Below are positions 12,204-24,400 of a DNA stretch of 64,000 bases, piece by piece. The notes below the pieces were generated by a model. The model worked only from the letters and a program-made list of their open reading frames with translations, was not told the DNA's origin and made no database searches. Numbering within the stretch: the stretch's first letter is position 1; every line of letters begins with the position of its first letter. The position numbers were made by a program, and so were the translations under genes. This stretch comes from Geosiphon pyriformis uo1. Its lineage: Eukaryota; Fungi; Glomeromycota. The stretch is from assembly GCA_016748015.1 (NCBI GenBank), contig JAAOMT010000201.1:256224-320223 (forward strand). Reading direction: 5' to 3'.

Positions 12204-12671
12204 ATGAGTTATAGCAGAGTACGAGATAGGTTAAGTGAATATGGTGTAAATTATATTGTTAATAATATTAAAACATCAGAAGCATGGTTACAGTTTGCAA
12301 AATATTATCCACCAAAGTATGTACGCAAGCGTTTATTAAAACTAGGATATGAAATAGATAATAGAGATTATTGGGAAAATTTTGTATTTCGTATCAAAAA
12401 TAATTTAACCAGCCACAAGCAAATAGGTAATGACCCTAAATATAGGGATTTTAAAGTTCAACTAGCATTATATAAAAAAAATTGTGCGTCATTAATTATC
12501 CAGAAGACATATCGTTTATGGAAAAAACAAATTAATTCAGCTAAAATAATCCAACATGCAGTAATTGAATGGCTTTATAGACCTGGTGGATCATTTATGA
12601 AGCAAGCCAAAGATCGATATTATCAAAATTCGAATAAGCTCCATCATAATAGCATTGGGAGTAAACAATAA
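12204..12671 (+). CDS. Hypothetical protein with two IQ-like motifs
   Basis: ASLIIQKTYRLWK and SAKIIQHAVIEW followed by LYRPGG; intronless 155 aa. Confidence 0.65.
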   Translation: MSYSRVRDRLSEYGVNYIVNNIKTSEAWLQFAKYYPPKYVRKRLLKLGYEIDNRDYWENFVFRIKNNLTSHKQIGNDPKYRDFKVQLALYKKNCASLIIQKTYRLWKKQINSAKIIQHAVIEWLYRPGGSFMKQAKDRYYQNSNKLHHNSIGSKQ

Positions 12672-12887
12672 CGAAATATACCTTAAGGAACACTTCCTCT
12701 ATGGATTGTTTCGTGATAATCAGTTAAAAGCCAGAAGATGTGGAACAGACCTGTCATTAGATGAGCTGGTTGCAAAGTTAAGCGTGATTGAGAATATCAG
12801 AAAAATAAATGATATATGCGTCTAAATTAATTATCCGAACATTAGCTGTTTTTTTCGATTAAAGATATATAATATACATTTTTGAGA

Positions 12888-13700
12888 ATGGCGCAACTAT
12901 TGCGGAGCAATGACCCAAAGGGTCTAAATATTTTTGATTTACCAGAATTGCTAGAACAGATCTTATATTATTTAAAAATTGATCGATCCCTCTATCCCAC
13001 TTTGTTTGTCAACCACTTTTGGTATCACTGCGGTGCTCCTATTCTATGGCATCGCGTTGAGTTTATTAACAAAGATTATCAGCAGAGTCGACGTCCCTTA
13101 AATTTGTCTCGGGTTCTTACTCGACGATTGATAAACTTTGAAAAAATTATATGTAGAAAAATAAAGCCACTCTATTGTTCAAAGATGGTATATCTCAGAT
13201 TAGAAGGTTTAAAAATCTCAGATGCATTGATCAGTGCAATTTTGCATTTATGTCCGAATATATGCTTTCTCATTCTTGATAAAATTGCGAGATTTTCTCT
13301 GAAACTACAGCATCTGAGTCTTAATTCATGTATATGTCTCACTAATCGTTGCATCACTGAAATTGTTCGCTCATGCCTAAAACTTAGACATCTTGAGCTT
13401 GGTGATTGTTTGATTAGTAATAAAGCTGTCGAAGAAATAGCCCACAACTGTACTAATTTGAAATATCTTAGTTTGGAGGGATGTAAAGGGATTAACAAAG
13501 AAGTAATAAAAAAATTCAATCCAAAAATTAAAATCGAATATCCTGATTATTCAGATGATTTACATACTCTATTTCCCACTGGCATAATAATTGGAACGAA
13601 TTTTATTCCTGCATTTAGAAATTATATAGAGATTAGCAGAATTAATCCTAATCATTCATCGTGGATCACAAATAATTTTATTTATAATATACATCATTAA
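12888..13700 (+). CDS. F-box / cysteine-containing LRR protein
   Basis: F-box-like LPELLEQILYYL..LFVNHFW..GAPILW; LRRs LQHLSLNSC, LRHLELGDC, LKYLSLEGC. Confidence 0.85.
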   Translation: MAQLLRSNDPKGLNIFDLPELLEQILYYLKIDRSLYPTLFVNHFWYHCGAPILWHRVEFINKDYQQSRRPLNLSRVLTRRLINFEKIICRKIKPLYCSKMVYLRLEGLKISDALISAILHLCPNICFLILDKIARFSLKLQHLSLNSCICLTNRCITEIVRSCLKLRHLELGDCLISNKAVEEIAHNCTNLKYLSLEGCKGINKEVIKKFNPKIKIEYPDYSDDLHTLFPTGIIIGTNFIPAFRNYIEISRINPNHSSWITNNFIYNIHH

Positions 13701-13789
13701 ATAATATTACAGGATGCATATTATTTTGACTATAGAAGAATAGAGGAGGTAATCAGGTATTCGACAGCCTCCAGCTAATTTTAAAGAAT

Positions 13790-14464
13790 TTATTTGCTGT
13801 GATGTATATATATCTGTGATAATTTTCCTTGTTTTACTTTTGATTCTAGACATGGGCACTGATTGTTGCTAGTAGATTTTTTGACGAAAATTTCATGCAA
13901 TTGTTGAAGAGTGACATTCGGAAACAATGGTAGTCCCTCACCAGTAAACCAAAATTTCTTTACCCCTCTATCAACGAATTTTTTTATTAGCATACCTGGA
14001 TCATCTTCTAAGGGACCGTGGAATTTCTCAAACTTTCGGAGGTACACCCTTGCATGTTTATTGGCTTCTTCTGCCATTTCTTGATTAGTATAGCCAACAA
14101 TACCGATTTTTTCCTGAATTGTCGCTATATCGTCTTCTAAGCATAAAAGCAAATCAAATAATCTAATTGGTTTATCTGAAGAGACTTTATCCCTTCTAAG
14201 TTCTGCTTCTAAAACGGGATTGATATCTATACCAAGTTTCCCCTGTATAGGTATTAAATCCCCCACCAATTCTAACAACAATTCATATGAATCAGCATGT
14301 TTTTTCGCTTTCTTGCTTTCCGACACTGCCGTTTGATTTATATTACTGTTAATAACAAGTTTTTTCTGAATAGCTGTTATATCCTTTTTCTTATATAAAA
14401 ACACTTCGTATAATTGAAGAAAATTTTCACTTGGATCAGTTTTATTATTAGTATTACTCGTCAT
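13790..14464 (-). CDS. Hypothetical protein (224 aa)
   Basis: Open ATG-initiated intronless ORF with repeated DI(T/A)xIQxKL/IG helical motif. Confidence 0.6.
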   Translation of the reverse strand: MTSNTNNKTDPSENFLQLYEVFLYKKKDITAIQKKLVINSNINQTAVSESKKAKKHADSYELLLELVGDLIPIQGKLGIDINPVLEAELRRDKVSSDKPIRLFDLLLCLEDDIATIQEKIGIVGYTNQEMAEEANKHARVYLRKFEKFHGPLEDDPGMLIKKFVDRGVKKFWFTGEGLPLFPNVTLQQLHEIFVKKSTSNNQCPCLESKVKQGKLSQIYIHHSK

Positions 14465-14804
14465 GATTGTTATAATATGGTAATATAATTAATGCGGAAA
14501 ATAACGCATAAATATAAAAATTAAGTGAATATAGCAAATTCAATCTGAAAATAATTATAACCACATCGTAACTGCGAAATTACATCACGTTATAATGAGC
14601 CTCAGGGGAGCGATGTCATGTGTTTTAAATCCGCGAATCAGAGATCAGCATAGAAGTTCATGGAACATGCCAATAAAAAGCCCCTAATGGGTCATAATCT
14701 CATATATTTACACGAAAATCTTTATTTAACAAGTGATTATCTGATATATTTACATTTTAAAACCGCTAACTCTATATAATTATTTTTGCTATATAAGTAT
14801 CGAA

Positions 14805-15478
14805 TTATATCCCATAGGGTAGTGGATCCTCTGCTTTCAACCCACGTCTGGCACGCGATAAATCTGTAAAGAGTAACGATTATAAATAGCGATTTTTTAG
14901 CAATACATATAATACAATGAAAAGATTAACACGAACGTACTAGCCCATGTGAAATAATTACTTACCAATATTTCCTCGTCTTTTATCGCAAGATCTTTCT
15001 GGTATCTTGGTTTGACTTTTTTTCGGTTGGGAGAGTGTAATTCGGTTATTCAGATCTCGTACATCATTGAGATCTTGCCGAGGAATCGAAGAAAAAACAA
15101 ATCCACGTGAATCCCTCTCAATGCCGGCCTCTAGATCTTCGTATATCGACGAAAAATCGCGCAGATGATGGAAGAAGGTACTGTGAACAAAGTAAACAAT
15201 ACTGTGCCGGATCCCTCGAGTTATGGGAAAATTTCCATGAAGGAGAAGACGTGAGGAGAAAGCAACGATTTGTCGGGGCGAAGCGGAACGACAATCTGGA
15301 GTTGGGGGAACCATAATTCGCCTCCCTCGAAATCACCCAATGCGACTGAACAACAAAGAGAATTTGGCTCGTCATGTTCATCCCAATGAAAGTCACTTAT
15401 TGTATTGAAGTTAATCGCGATCATAGGGAAGACTCCGAATGACCTTGGCGCAAATGCTCCCCATTCTAGCTTTAGCAA
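14805..15478 (-). pseudogene. TET/JBP-like 2OG-Fe(II) dioxygenase, 5'-truncated and frameshifted
   Basis: HxD (FHWD), GDFEGGELWFPQL, then after a frameshift near 15274 H (LLHGN) and RxS (RHS); GT-AG intron 14965-14864 restores the last exon DLSRARRGLKAEDPLPYGI*. Confidence 0.7.
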
Positions 15479-15481
15479 TTT

Positions 15482-16984
15482 TTAAAATGGAGATGAAACA
15501 GTAGGACTCGGGTGTATATTTCGGGGTGGATGAGTATTAGCTTGTTCTAATGCCTGTATTAGTAAGCTATTATTAACGATCATGACGTTTCTTAAGGTCA
15601 ATAGTAAGCGAACGAGAGCTTTAGTATTCGATGCGTGTGGTGATAATGGAATTTCAGCGTTATCAAGATGGAAATATCTTGGTATACCACCCAGATCCTT
15701 CATAAGAACATTTAATCGCATAGTAGTGCCAGCTATTTGTATTCCAACAATCCCAAATTGATTGCCAACCGGTCTACACAGCGCATCCACAAAGCTCACT
15801 CCATCTAAAGTCTCTCTCCACAATTTCACATCATCATCCGTTTTCTTTGAATTACTACATAAAATACGTGAAGATTCAACATATAATAATTCTAAAAATT
15901 TGTCACCCCATTTCAACAGTCCCATAATGTCAGGTTTCTTTCCCATTCGTTCTCTGACTGCTCCTGCATTTCGTTGAGCCTTACTTGCTAGGCTCTGTCG
16001 TTCTGCTGTACTTAAACAGATACTACCATTATGTAGGTCCCCTAAACTCGATCGGAGCAAAGGCAGTATAATATCCGAAATATATGTTCCTTCACTTTGC
16101 TCACTACGTGATATACTCATGAATACTGGGTTACTCCATGTTTCACCACTAATGAAAAGTAAATTAGAAATATTAAAAAAATTTGCACTTCATAGACTGT
16201 ATAGCACTCTAATACTAACTGCTGAAGAATCAAAATAATACTTACAGTACACCAAGAATTCGTTCACTAGTTTCCACCAACTTATGTTCGCTTTCTTTCC
16301 ATTTTTTGTTATGAAAAATATTTCTCGTGGCTTGTGAAGTATTCGAGTTATTAAACCTACCCACAAATTCATCACACATCCTTGTAACCGATTCAGGGAT
16401 ATCGCATTTCATATTCTCCCGCGGTTCCAAAAAAACTTTCTTTTGCCTGCGCCCCAAATTTTTTATTAGGCCCGAATCGTCGGTAAGAATCATATTCGCT
16501 TTGGGATCTTGCCACGTAAGTTCTGACGGATTTATATGTTCGAGAGCTTGCCTAAGCGCTCCGTAAAGATTCGCATCAATTTCTGATCCGGGATGCTTAA
16601 TATACAAGTTCATTAACTTTCGGACAAAAGAATACCTCACTTTGATAAAATATCTGAGACATACCTCGAGCTTGTATTTTAACATTTTAATATTCGCCAC
16701 AATCTCTTCATGGCTATAATCAGGGGGTAACTCCCTCTCTATATTCAACGCTTTGAATGCTTTCAGACCTTTAATGCTGATATAACCACTTGAAATCTAT
16801 GGCAAATGCAATAATAAATTAGTACCGGTACAAGCCAACCTCACATTATATCTGTTTATATACTACGCCCGCACATGTGCGTTTTCAGAATTTAAAAATA
16901 TCACTGTTTTGGCAGATAGTCACGCACAGTCAAGGAGGAGCAAACTCTCGACATCCAGAGGATATCGCTCTTCCGAGCTGGCAT
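15482..16984 (-). CDS. Spliced gene (~400 aa) with C-terminal PD-(D/E)xK restriction-endonuclease-like domain
   Basis: Predicted exons 16984-16928, 16796-16665, 16595-16246, 16148-15482 join in frame with GTGCGT/GTATGT/GTAAGT donors and AG acceptors; motif KKPD..ELLYVESS..DDVKLWR. Confidence 0.65.
16642..16975 (-). repeat. Right arm of ~334-bp inverted repeat (partner 8637-8970)
   Basis: Direct reverse-complement match. Confidence 0.95.
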
Positions 16985-16994
16985 TCCCCAACCT

Positions 16995-17013
16995 CTGTCT
17001 CTTATACACATCT
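16995..17013 (+). other. Nextera/Tn5 mosaic-end adapter sequence (assembly contaminant)
   Basis: Exact 19-mer CTGTCTCTTATACACATCT at an abrupt composition boundary. Confidence 0.97.
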
Positions 17014-18178
17014 ATGAGATTTATATTTTTTTATAGTATATTTTACTAATTTTCTATTAAAACCTTTTCTATAAAGATTCATATAACACCAATATTTTCT
17101 TGAAAATTGTCTAATAGTTATTAAAAATACTAATTTAAGACTTTTAAACACTGTTCTTTGTAATTTTTTTCATAAATAATTTTATTTATTATATGTATAT
17201 CTTTTAGTAACTCCCTAATATCTTTTAATAAAATTTAATTTACAATAAAATTTTGAAAAAAAATGTATTTATGTCTTATACTTTCAATTAATTTTTTAAT
17301 TGTATTTTTTTGAGTAAAAAAATCAGATTCCAAAGATATTACTTAACATACATAACAAAAAACTTTTGAAAAATTTTTGATTTTTTTTTTGCATTTTTAG
17401 CATTGTTACAGATGATTATTTGGGTAGTTAGAGTAAATAACAAAGCCATAACTTGGTGCTTAATTAATATGAAATAATAATAATCTGAAAGTTTTTGCAT
17501 TTTGAAGATTTTAATTAAGTTCTTTGTATAATGGACAGAGATTTCCATGTTATTTTATCTGTAGCTTTCTGAAATTACAATTCCATCAATTTTTTTTTCA
17601 GCTTGGTGGCCAGCAATTCTCTGATAAGCAATTCTTAATTTTTACACATTCTATCACTTGCAGGAGTCTTTTATCAGGCAATCCTTGATATTAATAACTC
17701 AGCACTTAATTTTTAAGAAATTTAGTAAACCACCAACAAGATACAAAAAAATAAAAAAAGATAAAATAAAGAAAATTAAGCCAAGACAATACAAATTAAT
17801 ATTCTATTAATTGTTATAATTAAAAGCTATTGTTCTCATGTGGTTTAAGTATTAATTACTATCAACATTTAAAGTTAATAGTGAGCAATTGGATTTGAGA
17901 TGCTAAATAATATATTTATTAATATTTGAAATAATATGATTTCTAACTAGAGAATAGTAATTAATAAATTTTTGTCTAAGAATTCTGTCTTTTTTGCTTC
18001 TAATGCTATTGCTATATATATATATTTTCTAGTTTTACAAAATTGCTTTGAATTGTCTGTTCTTGCTAATTATTGCTTTGTTTTCTTACATTATAACTAA
18101 TTATTCTATATTATAATACATTATCCTATATTATAATATATTATTCTATATTATTCTGCATTATAATACATTATTCTA

Positions 18179-19513
18179 CAAAGAGGTATAAAAAGTATTG
18201 GACACTTAATATAATATATAAAAAAAGCTATATATAGTAATACCATTACCAATTTAAGCCATAATTTTTTTTATAATTACTTATAGTTATAATCTACAAA
18301 TCAACATAAATCACATCCTTGTAAAACACAACAGTGGATTATATGCATATATATAAAATATCAAACATTCTTGTTGTGAAAAAATTTACCACATCAAATG
18401 TGTCTTGAAAAAGAACTTTCTAAATACCAAAAAGGAGAAATTATTTTAGCAATAAAATTAAAACATACAAACAGTAAGATTTTCACGACTATTAGATGTT
18501 CATGTTCTTCTGTAATACATATATGGAAGTCATACAAGCTAAAAAAACTTCTTAAAAAACGAATGGGCCAATCACAAATTCTTGACAAATGCATACATAA
18601 ACAACTTAAATATTCAATAATGGAGAATAAAGAAACCTACTGCCAAACTTTTTCTCAAATATGATTGAATTTTATTAAAGATACCAATAAATCTATTTCT
18701 ATACAAACTATTCGAAATGGATTAGCTCAAGAAAGACTTCATTTGTGCATTCCTTGTCTCAAGCCATTAATTTCTAAATCAAATAAAGAAAAACATTTAT
18801 AATAGGCTTGTACTTATGAAAATTGGACAGTAGAAGATTTTAAATGAGTTGTTTGGTCAGATGAATCTACATATACACAATTTAGAACTACAGAATTTGG
18901 ACATATATGATGTAAACCTTCCAAAGAGTTTCATAAGGATTGTATTGCAGCCATAGTTAGAAAAAACTTTGGTCACATGTTTTGAGAATGTTTTTCATGG
19001 GTTGGTTTGGGTCCTTTATTTCTTTTGGTTGGTCATATTACTAGAGTTATACACCATGAAACCTTGGTTAATTATGCAATTCCTACAGTAAAACTTCATG
19101 CAAAAAAAACTAAAAAAAAGTTTTTTTTTCAAGAAGACAATACATCAATCGATACATCAAAAGTTGCATGTTCTTTTCTTACTTCCTTGGCCAGCACAAA
19201 GTCCTGATATTATTCCAATAGAAAATTTTTGGTCATATATTGAAGTTAAAATTAGTTAACATAATTCACAACTCTCAAATATTGTACAATTAGAACAGTG
19301 GGTTAAGGAAGAATGGGATGCAATACCTGTAAATTACTATCATAATTTAATCAAGTCTATGCCATGTCAAGTTCAAGCTATTCTTGAAGCAAATGGGGGT
19401 CAAACAAAATACTAACATGTATTTTAATATAATAATAAAAAATTAACAATTCATAAGTTAGTTCTTTTATATAACATATTATAAAAGTGTCTAATACTTT
19501 TTATACCTCTCTG
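18179..19513 (+). mobile_element. Tc1/mariner DNA transposon (1335 bp)
   Basis: ~29-bp TIRs CA(A/G)AGAGGTATAAAAAGTATT(G/A)GACACTT; TA TSD (18177-78, 19514-15). Confidence 0.95.
18398..19415 (+). pseudogene. Tc1-family transposase, degenerate
   Basis: N-terminal HTH region, VVWSDES, FQEDN, WPAQSPDIIPIENFW, ANGGQTKY*; stops and frameshifts. Confidence 0.9.
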
Positions 19514-19640
19514 TATGTTATAATGCATTATCTAATGTTATTGCATGTTATTCTGTATCTTTCACGTTTCATCATGTTTTTCTTTAGATTATGTTTTTCT
19601 TTTTTTCTTTGATAAGCTTTTTTTTTTTAAGTAACAATAT

Positions 19641-20738
19641 TTAGGAATTATATATCAATAAATCTAAAAGAATATTCAATCAAAAAATAAAACAATAGAT
19701 TAAAGATTTCATTAGAAAAAAGACAAATTCTAGACTATACATCAAAACAATCTATTAACTACATATCATATTTCAAAATTATTCAGAAATAATATTACAC
19801 CAAGAAATAGAAACAATAACTGTTAATTAATAAAAAAAATAAACAACTCTCAATATGAAGAAATAAGAAACAAAATTGAACAAACAGTATTAAAAAAAAA
19901 AGTAATAGACTTAATTCAAAATAAAAATTTTGATGAAGCTTAATATTAAAAAAAAAAGATAATGTTATTCATAAAAAAAATACAAAAAAGAAAAACAGAT
20001 AGAAAAATAGACCAATAAAAAATAATACTTAGCAAGTAAACACAATGTCAAAAAATTATAACATATTGCTTAGCAATATGCATATTGTTAGTGAATTATA
20101 GTATACTGCTTAGCAATAAGCATATTGTTAGTAAATTATAGCACACTGCTTAGCAATGAGCATATTGTCAGAAAATCATAATATATTGCTTAGCAATAAG
20201 CACATTGTTAAAAAAAATAGGACATATTGCTTAAAAAAATAGAAGATCTTATATAATAAAAAATAGATATATATAACAAAAGTGTTAGAAACAAAAAAAA
20301 CAAAATCAATACAAACAAAATCAATAAAATCTATTAATTATCCAATACTTTTTCCTTCAAAAAATAGTTTTTTTACAAATTGAAATGAAATCAAATTACA
20401 TATCAATAAAATATCAATTATTACCTAAATCTATATTAGCATTACTTGATTAAAAAATATTAATTATATTTACTCTATCAACACTCCATGTTGATAGAAT
20501 CTAATACTTAACTATACTAAACTAATAGTTCTTGATCACAACTATTAACAGAATACTAATTTTTTATTTTTATTTTCTTTTATTTTCTTTTGTTTTATTT
20601 CTTTGTTGTTTACTAATTGATTAAAAAAATTAAGTACTAAATATTTGACATCAAAGATAGTCTGATAAAAGACCTAAAAATAAGGGTAGAAATTTAAAAA
20701 TAGCTTATTAAAAGAACATGACTTCCAAAATTAATTAG
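19641..20738 (+). mobile_element. Gypsy family A 3' end (ORF3 remnant, PPT, first part of 3' LTR 19963-20738); LTR continues at 57903-58091
   Basis: LTR starts TGTTATTC at 19963 after the purine tract; it breaks at ..AATTAG (20738) and resumes CTGACCACCATGCTG at 57903. Confidence 0.7.
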
Positions 20739-21426
20739 TGTTATAAGTAAACTTAGTGGTATATGGTAGTAACATTTGGTGCTTTAATTTGGGTTTCTAG
20801 AAAGCTTTTAATGATTTTCTTTTGGTAGACTTGTTTGGTATATTAGTGTTATCAATCTTTGAAGATCTGTTTGATTGATATGAATTTACTTATAAAGTTC
20901 TTTGGTTATAAAGCATAAAGAGATATTTTACAGTGTTATAACTTCTTGTATATGAATGTGAGCTATCTTCTCCAAGCTAATAAACACAGTTGTTAGGGTC
21001 TGGCAGTATATTTTCACCCTTCTGGTAAGCTACTAAGTTAATATTAATATTCAAACTTAAAAAGAGCTTTCTTTTTTTATCAGACTATTATAAAGTCTAT
21101 TTTCAGACAGTCAATTTTTTTATGTTGCTGTTCTATAAGAGAGAATAAAAGAAAATAAAAGAAAATAAATAGTATTGTTAATTATTATGATCAAAAATGA
21201 TTGGTTCAAGTCATTAGTGGTTTGAAACATTTATGTTAAAAGCATTTGGCTAGAAACAAAGATAAGAACAAGATTAATTTAACTAAAATACATAAATACA
21301 AAAATCATATAAACGTAAATTTTGAATTTGTTTAATATTTCTTTATTTCAGTAAAATAAAATATAAGTGAGACCAAGAAATATATAATAAATACAGATAG
21401 AAAAAAGTTAATTCTTTTTTGGCTGT
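20739..21426 (-). repeat. U5/R half of a family-B-like solo LTR; U3 half at 57585-57902
   Basis: Reverse-complement similarity to 24190-24831; the halves are colinear and separated by a CTGT duplication. Confidence 0.7.
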
Positions 21427-24400
21427 TGTTACAGGTGATTATTTGGGGTCTCAAATCAAATAACAAACTTGTAACCTGGTGCTCAAAAGCTATTTCTGAT
21501 AATGGTGATCTGAAGGATTGTTTGTTTGAAGGTTTTGGTTGTTGAGTTCTTTGTATAATAGACAAAAATTCAATAGTAGTTTATCTGTAGCTTTCCAGAA
21601 TCACAGTTCTGTCAATTTTTCTCTCGACATGGTGGCCGGCAATTCTTAATGTTAATAACTTAGTGCTTAATCTTCAATCAATTAGTAAAACAAAAAAGTA
21701 ACAACAATAAAAGAAAATAAAACAAAGAATAACAGAAAATAAAAAATAAGAAATCAGCCAAGGCAATGAATGTTAGTAATTCATCAATAGCCATGATTAA
21801 GAGCTATTGTTTCAGTGTGATTAAGTATTAATTACTATCACCATGAAGTGTTAATAGTGGAGAGTGGATTGAAATGGTGATTAATTATTTATTAATATTG
21901 TGAATGAAATGTTTTTAACTAAAGAATTCTTTCTTTTTTACTTCTAACATTATTGCTATATATACATAATTAATGTTCTACGAAATTGCTCACATTCTTG
22001 AGCAATGTGCTATGATTTCTTGAACAATGTGCCCTAATTTTCTAATATTGCTCCACATTGCTGAGTAATGTATTGTGTTTTCTGACATTGCTCTATATTG
22101 CTGAGCAATGTGTCGTGATTTCCGTTATTGCTCTATATTGCTAAGCAATGTGCTTACATGTTAAATGCTATTTGCTTATTGGTTTACTATTTTCCTATAT
22201 CTGTTTTCTTTTTATGAGTAACATTATCTTCTCCTTTTTAATATTAAGCTTTGTTGAAATCTTCATTTTGAATTAGCTCTAATACTTTTTTTTCTAGTAT
22301 TGTTTATTTAACTTTATTTTTCACATCTTCTTCTTGTACATTGTTTATTCTTCCCCATTGGTTAATAGTTATAGTTTCCATGTCAGAGTATAACAGTATT
22401 TCTAGATAGTTTTGAAATATGTTGTGCAGTTGGTAAATTGTTCTCACATATAGTGTTGAGTTTGTTTTTTTTCCAATAAATTCTTCAATTTGCTGTATTA
22501 TGTTTTGGTTAAATATTCTCTTAAATTTGTCAATATACAACTCCTGAATATTCAACTTTCAACCTAACTAATAGTAATAATATGATATTGAAAGTTGTTC
22601 TGTCTATTGCTTCCAATTCTTTTTTGTAAGTTCTTTTGTTGGTGCCATAATAGATATTTTTCTAAAAGTGTTCTTTACTTTTTCTATTATGTTATTTGAC
22701 CAGTTTTTATATTTCTTTGGTAACCACTGATATAATGTATTCTTTGTCTTTCTTTTGGTGTTTCGATAGCAAATTGTTTGATTATTAATAATAATTTCCA
22801 TGTCTAATGATTGCTGACTTAATGTCTGGAATAATTGTTGAGCTATGGTGTAAATGTGATCTGGTATTTCCATTTTTTTTTCTTGGTTGCTTTTGTCATG
22901 TATACTGTGTCTTTATATATTCTTTTATTATTCAATTTTACATGTTTGGTTTAATGATTATGATTGGTTCCAGATCTTGTGGAATCTTATCTGATTGGAC
23001 TAGTATTTGTTGTACTCCCAATTGTAGAATATTATTGGTGGATGATGATGCTATTTGGTAATATGGTTTCAGTTGATTATCATGTGCTGCTTTGGCTAAA
23101 ATTTTGTTGTCCCATCTTAATTTATAAGCTCTATTTCCAAGAATTTCTTCTATGTGAAATGGACCATCCTATTTGGGGTCAAATTTTCCACTCCATTGTT
23201 TTTCTATTTTGGTATGATGTAAAAGTACTTTGTTTCAATCTTGAATTCAACTGGTTTATCTGGTAATTGGTTATTGTGTCATTCTTTTTGCTTTTTTTGA
23301 GACTTTTGGATATTATCAGCTGTTTTTCGTCATTTGTTTTCTAGTGTTTCCATTAAGTCATATGTTCTTCTTAACAATGTTTCTTGGAAATTGGCTTCTG
23401 TTATTGGTTCAGTTAGATATGTATTGACCTCTATCTCAATTGGTAATGTTGCTGTTTTTTTATATACTAATTCAAATGGTGTTGCTTGTGTAGTATCTTG
23501 TCTTATTGTCCGATAAGCAAATAATACTGATGGTATAAACAAATCTCATTCATCTTGGTTTTCTTGACTGATTTTGGCAATTGCTTCACATAATGTTTTA
23601 TTGAATCTTTTAACTAGTCTATTGGTTTGTGAATGATATGATGATAATAATGGTCTTTTTATCTCAAATCTTTGACTTAGTTCTGTCAATGTTTTATTTA
23701 TAAAATGAGTTTTTTGATCTGATAGTAGTTTCTTTGGACATCCATGTTAACAGATCAAATCTTGATAGATGATGTTATCTGAGTAGAAAAACCAATCCAA
23801 AGTTATAAAGAAACATAACATAACACAGAATAGTGTAATAATGTTGGATAATGTGTTATAATGTAGGATAACATGTTATAATACAGGATAACACAGAATA
23901 GCACACAATAACGTAGAATAACATGTTATAACACAGGATAACACAGAATAATATGTAATAATGTCAGATAACATGTTATAACATAGGATAACTAGTGATA
24001 ACGTAGAAAAACAAAGCAATAACAGAAATAACAAAGCAATAGCTAGTGATAGTGAGACAATTGAAAGCAATCCTGTAAAACCAAAAAAATGTATAAAAAA
24101 CAAGTAGTTATAGAAGTTAGAAAAGACAGACAGATAGATAGATATAAACCTTTAGACAAAAATTAAATATCCATACCCCTTCATCATTTATTATCCTCCC
24201 TATTTTATCTTCTGAAATAAACGAATTATTAAAGAAATCAGAGTCACAAATTCATGTTCTTGAACTTCATGGAATTTATGTGAATTAACTCTTGTCTCGT
24301 ATTTTCATTCTAGGACAGATGCTCTTAGCATAACCATCTCGAATGATCAATGATTTGGACCAATCGCTCTTGATCATAGCGATTGACAATACTAATTTAT

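Larger units (their letters stand above)
17014..19636 (-). repeat. Inverted paralogue of 6087-8126 (decayed transposase piece 17014-17403 + LTR 17404-19636)
   Basis: Reverse-complement homology including the same LTR/transposase junction; lacks solo LTR D but carries a Tc1 insertion. Confidence 0.9.

Noticed and set aside
16995-17013. Genuine Tn5/IS50 transposon end
   Set aside because: The sequence is the engineered mosaic end, single, with no transposase; a library adapter is the simpler explanation.
17400-19640. Solo LTR with GCAT/ATAT TSD
   Set aside because: The two flanks belong to different hosts (transposase vs ORF3), so this is more likely a recombined LTR.
21985-22155. CRISPR-like repeat array (also other U3 arrays)
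   Set aside because: Short degenerate tandem units without unique spacers, inside LTRs, with no cas genes.
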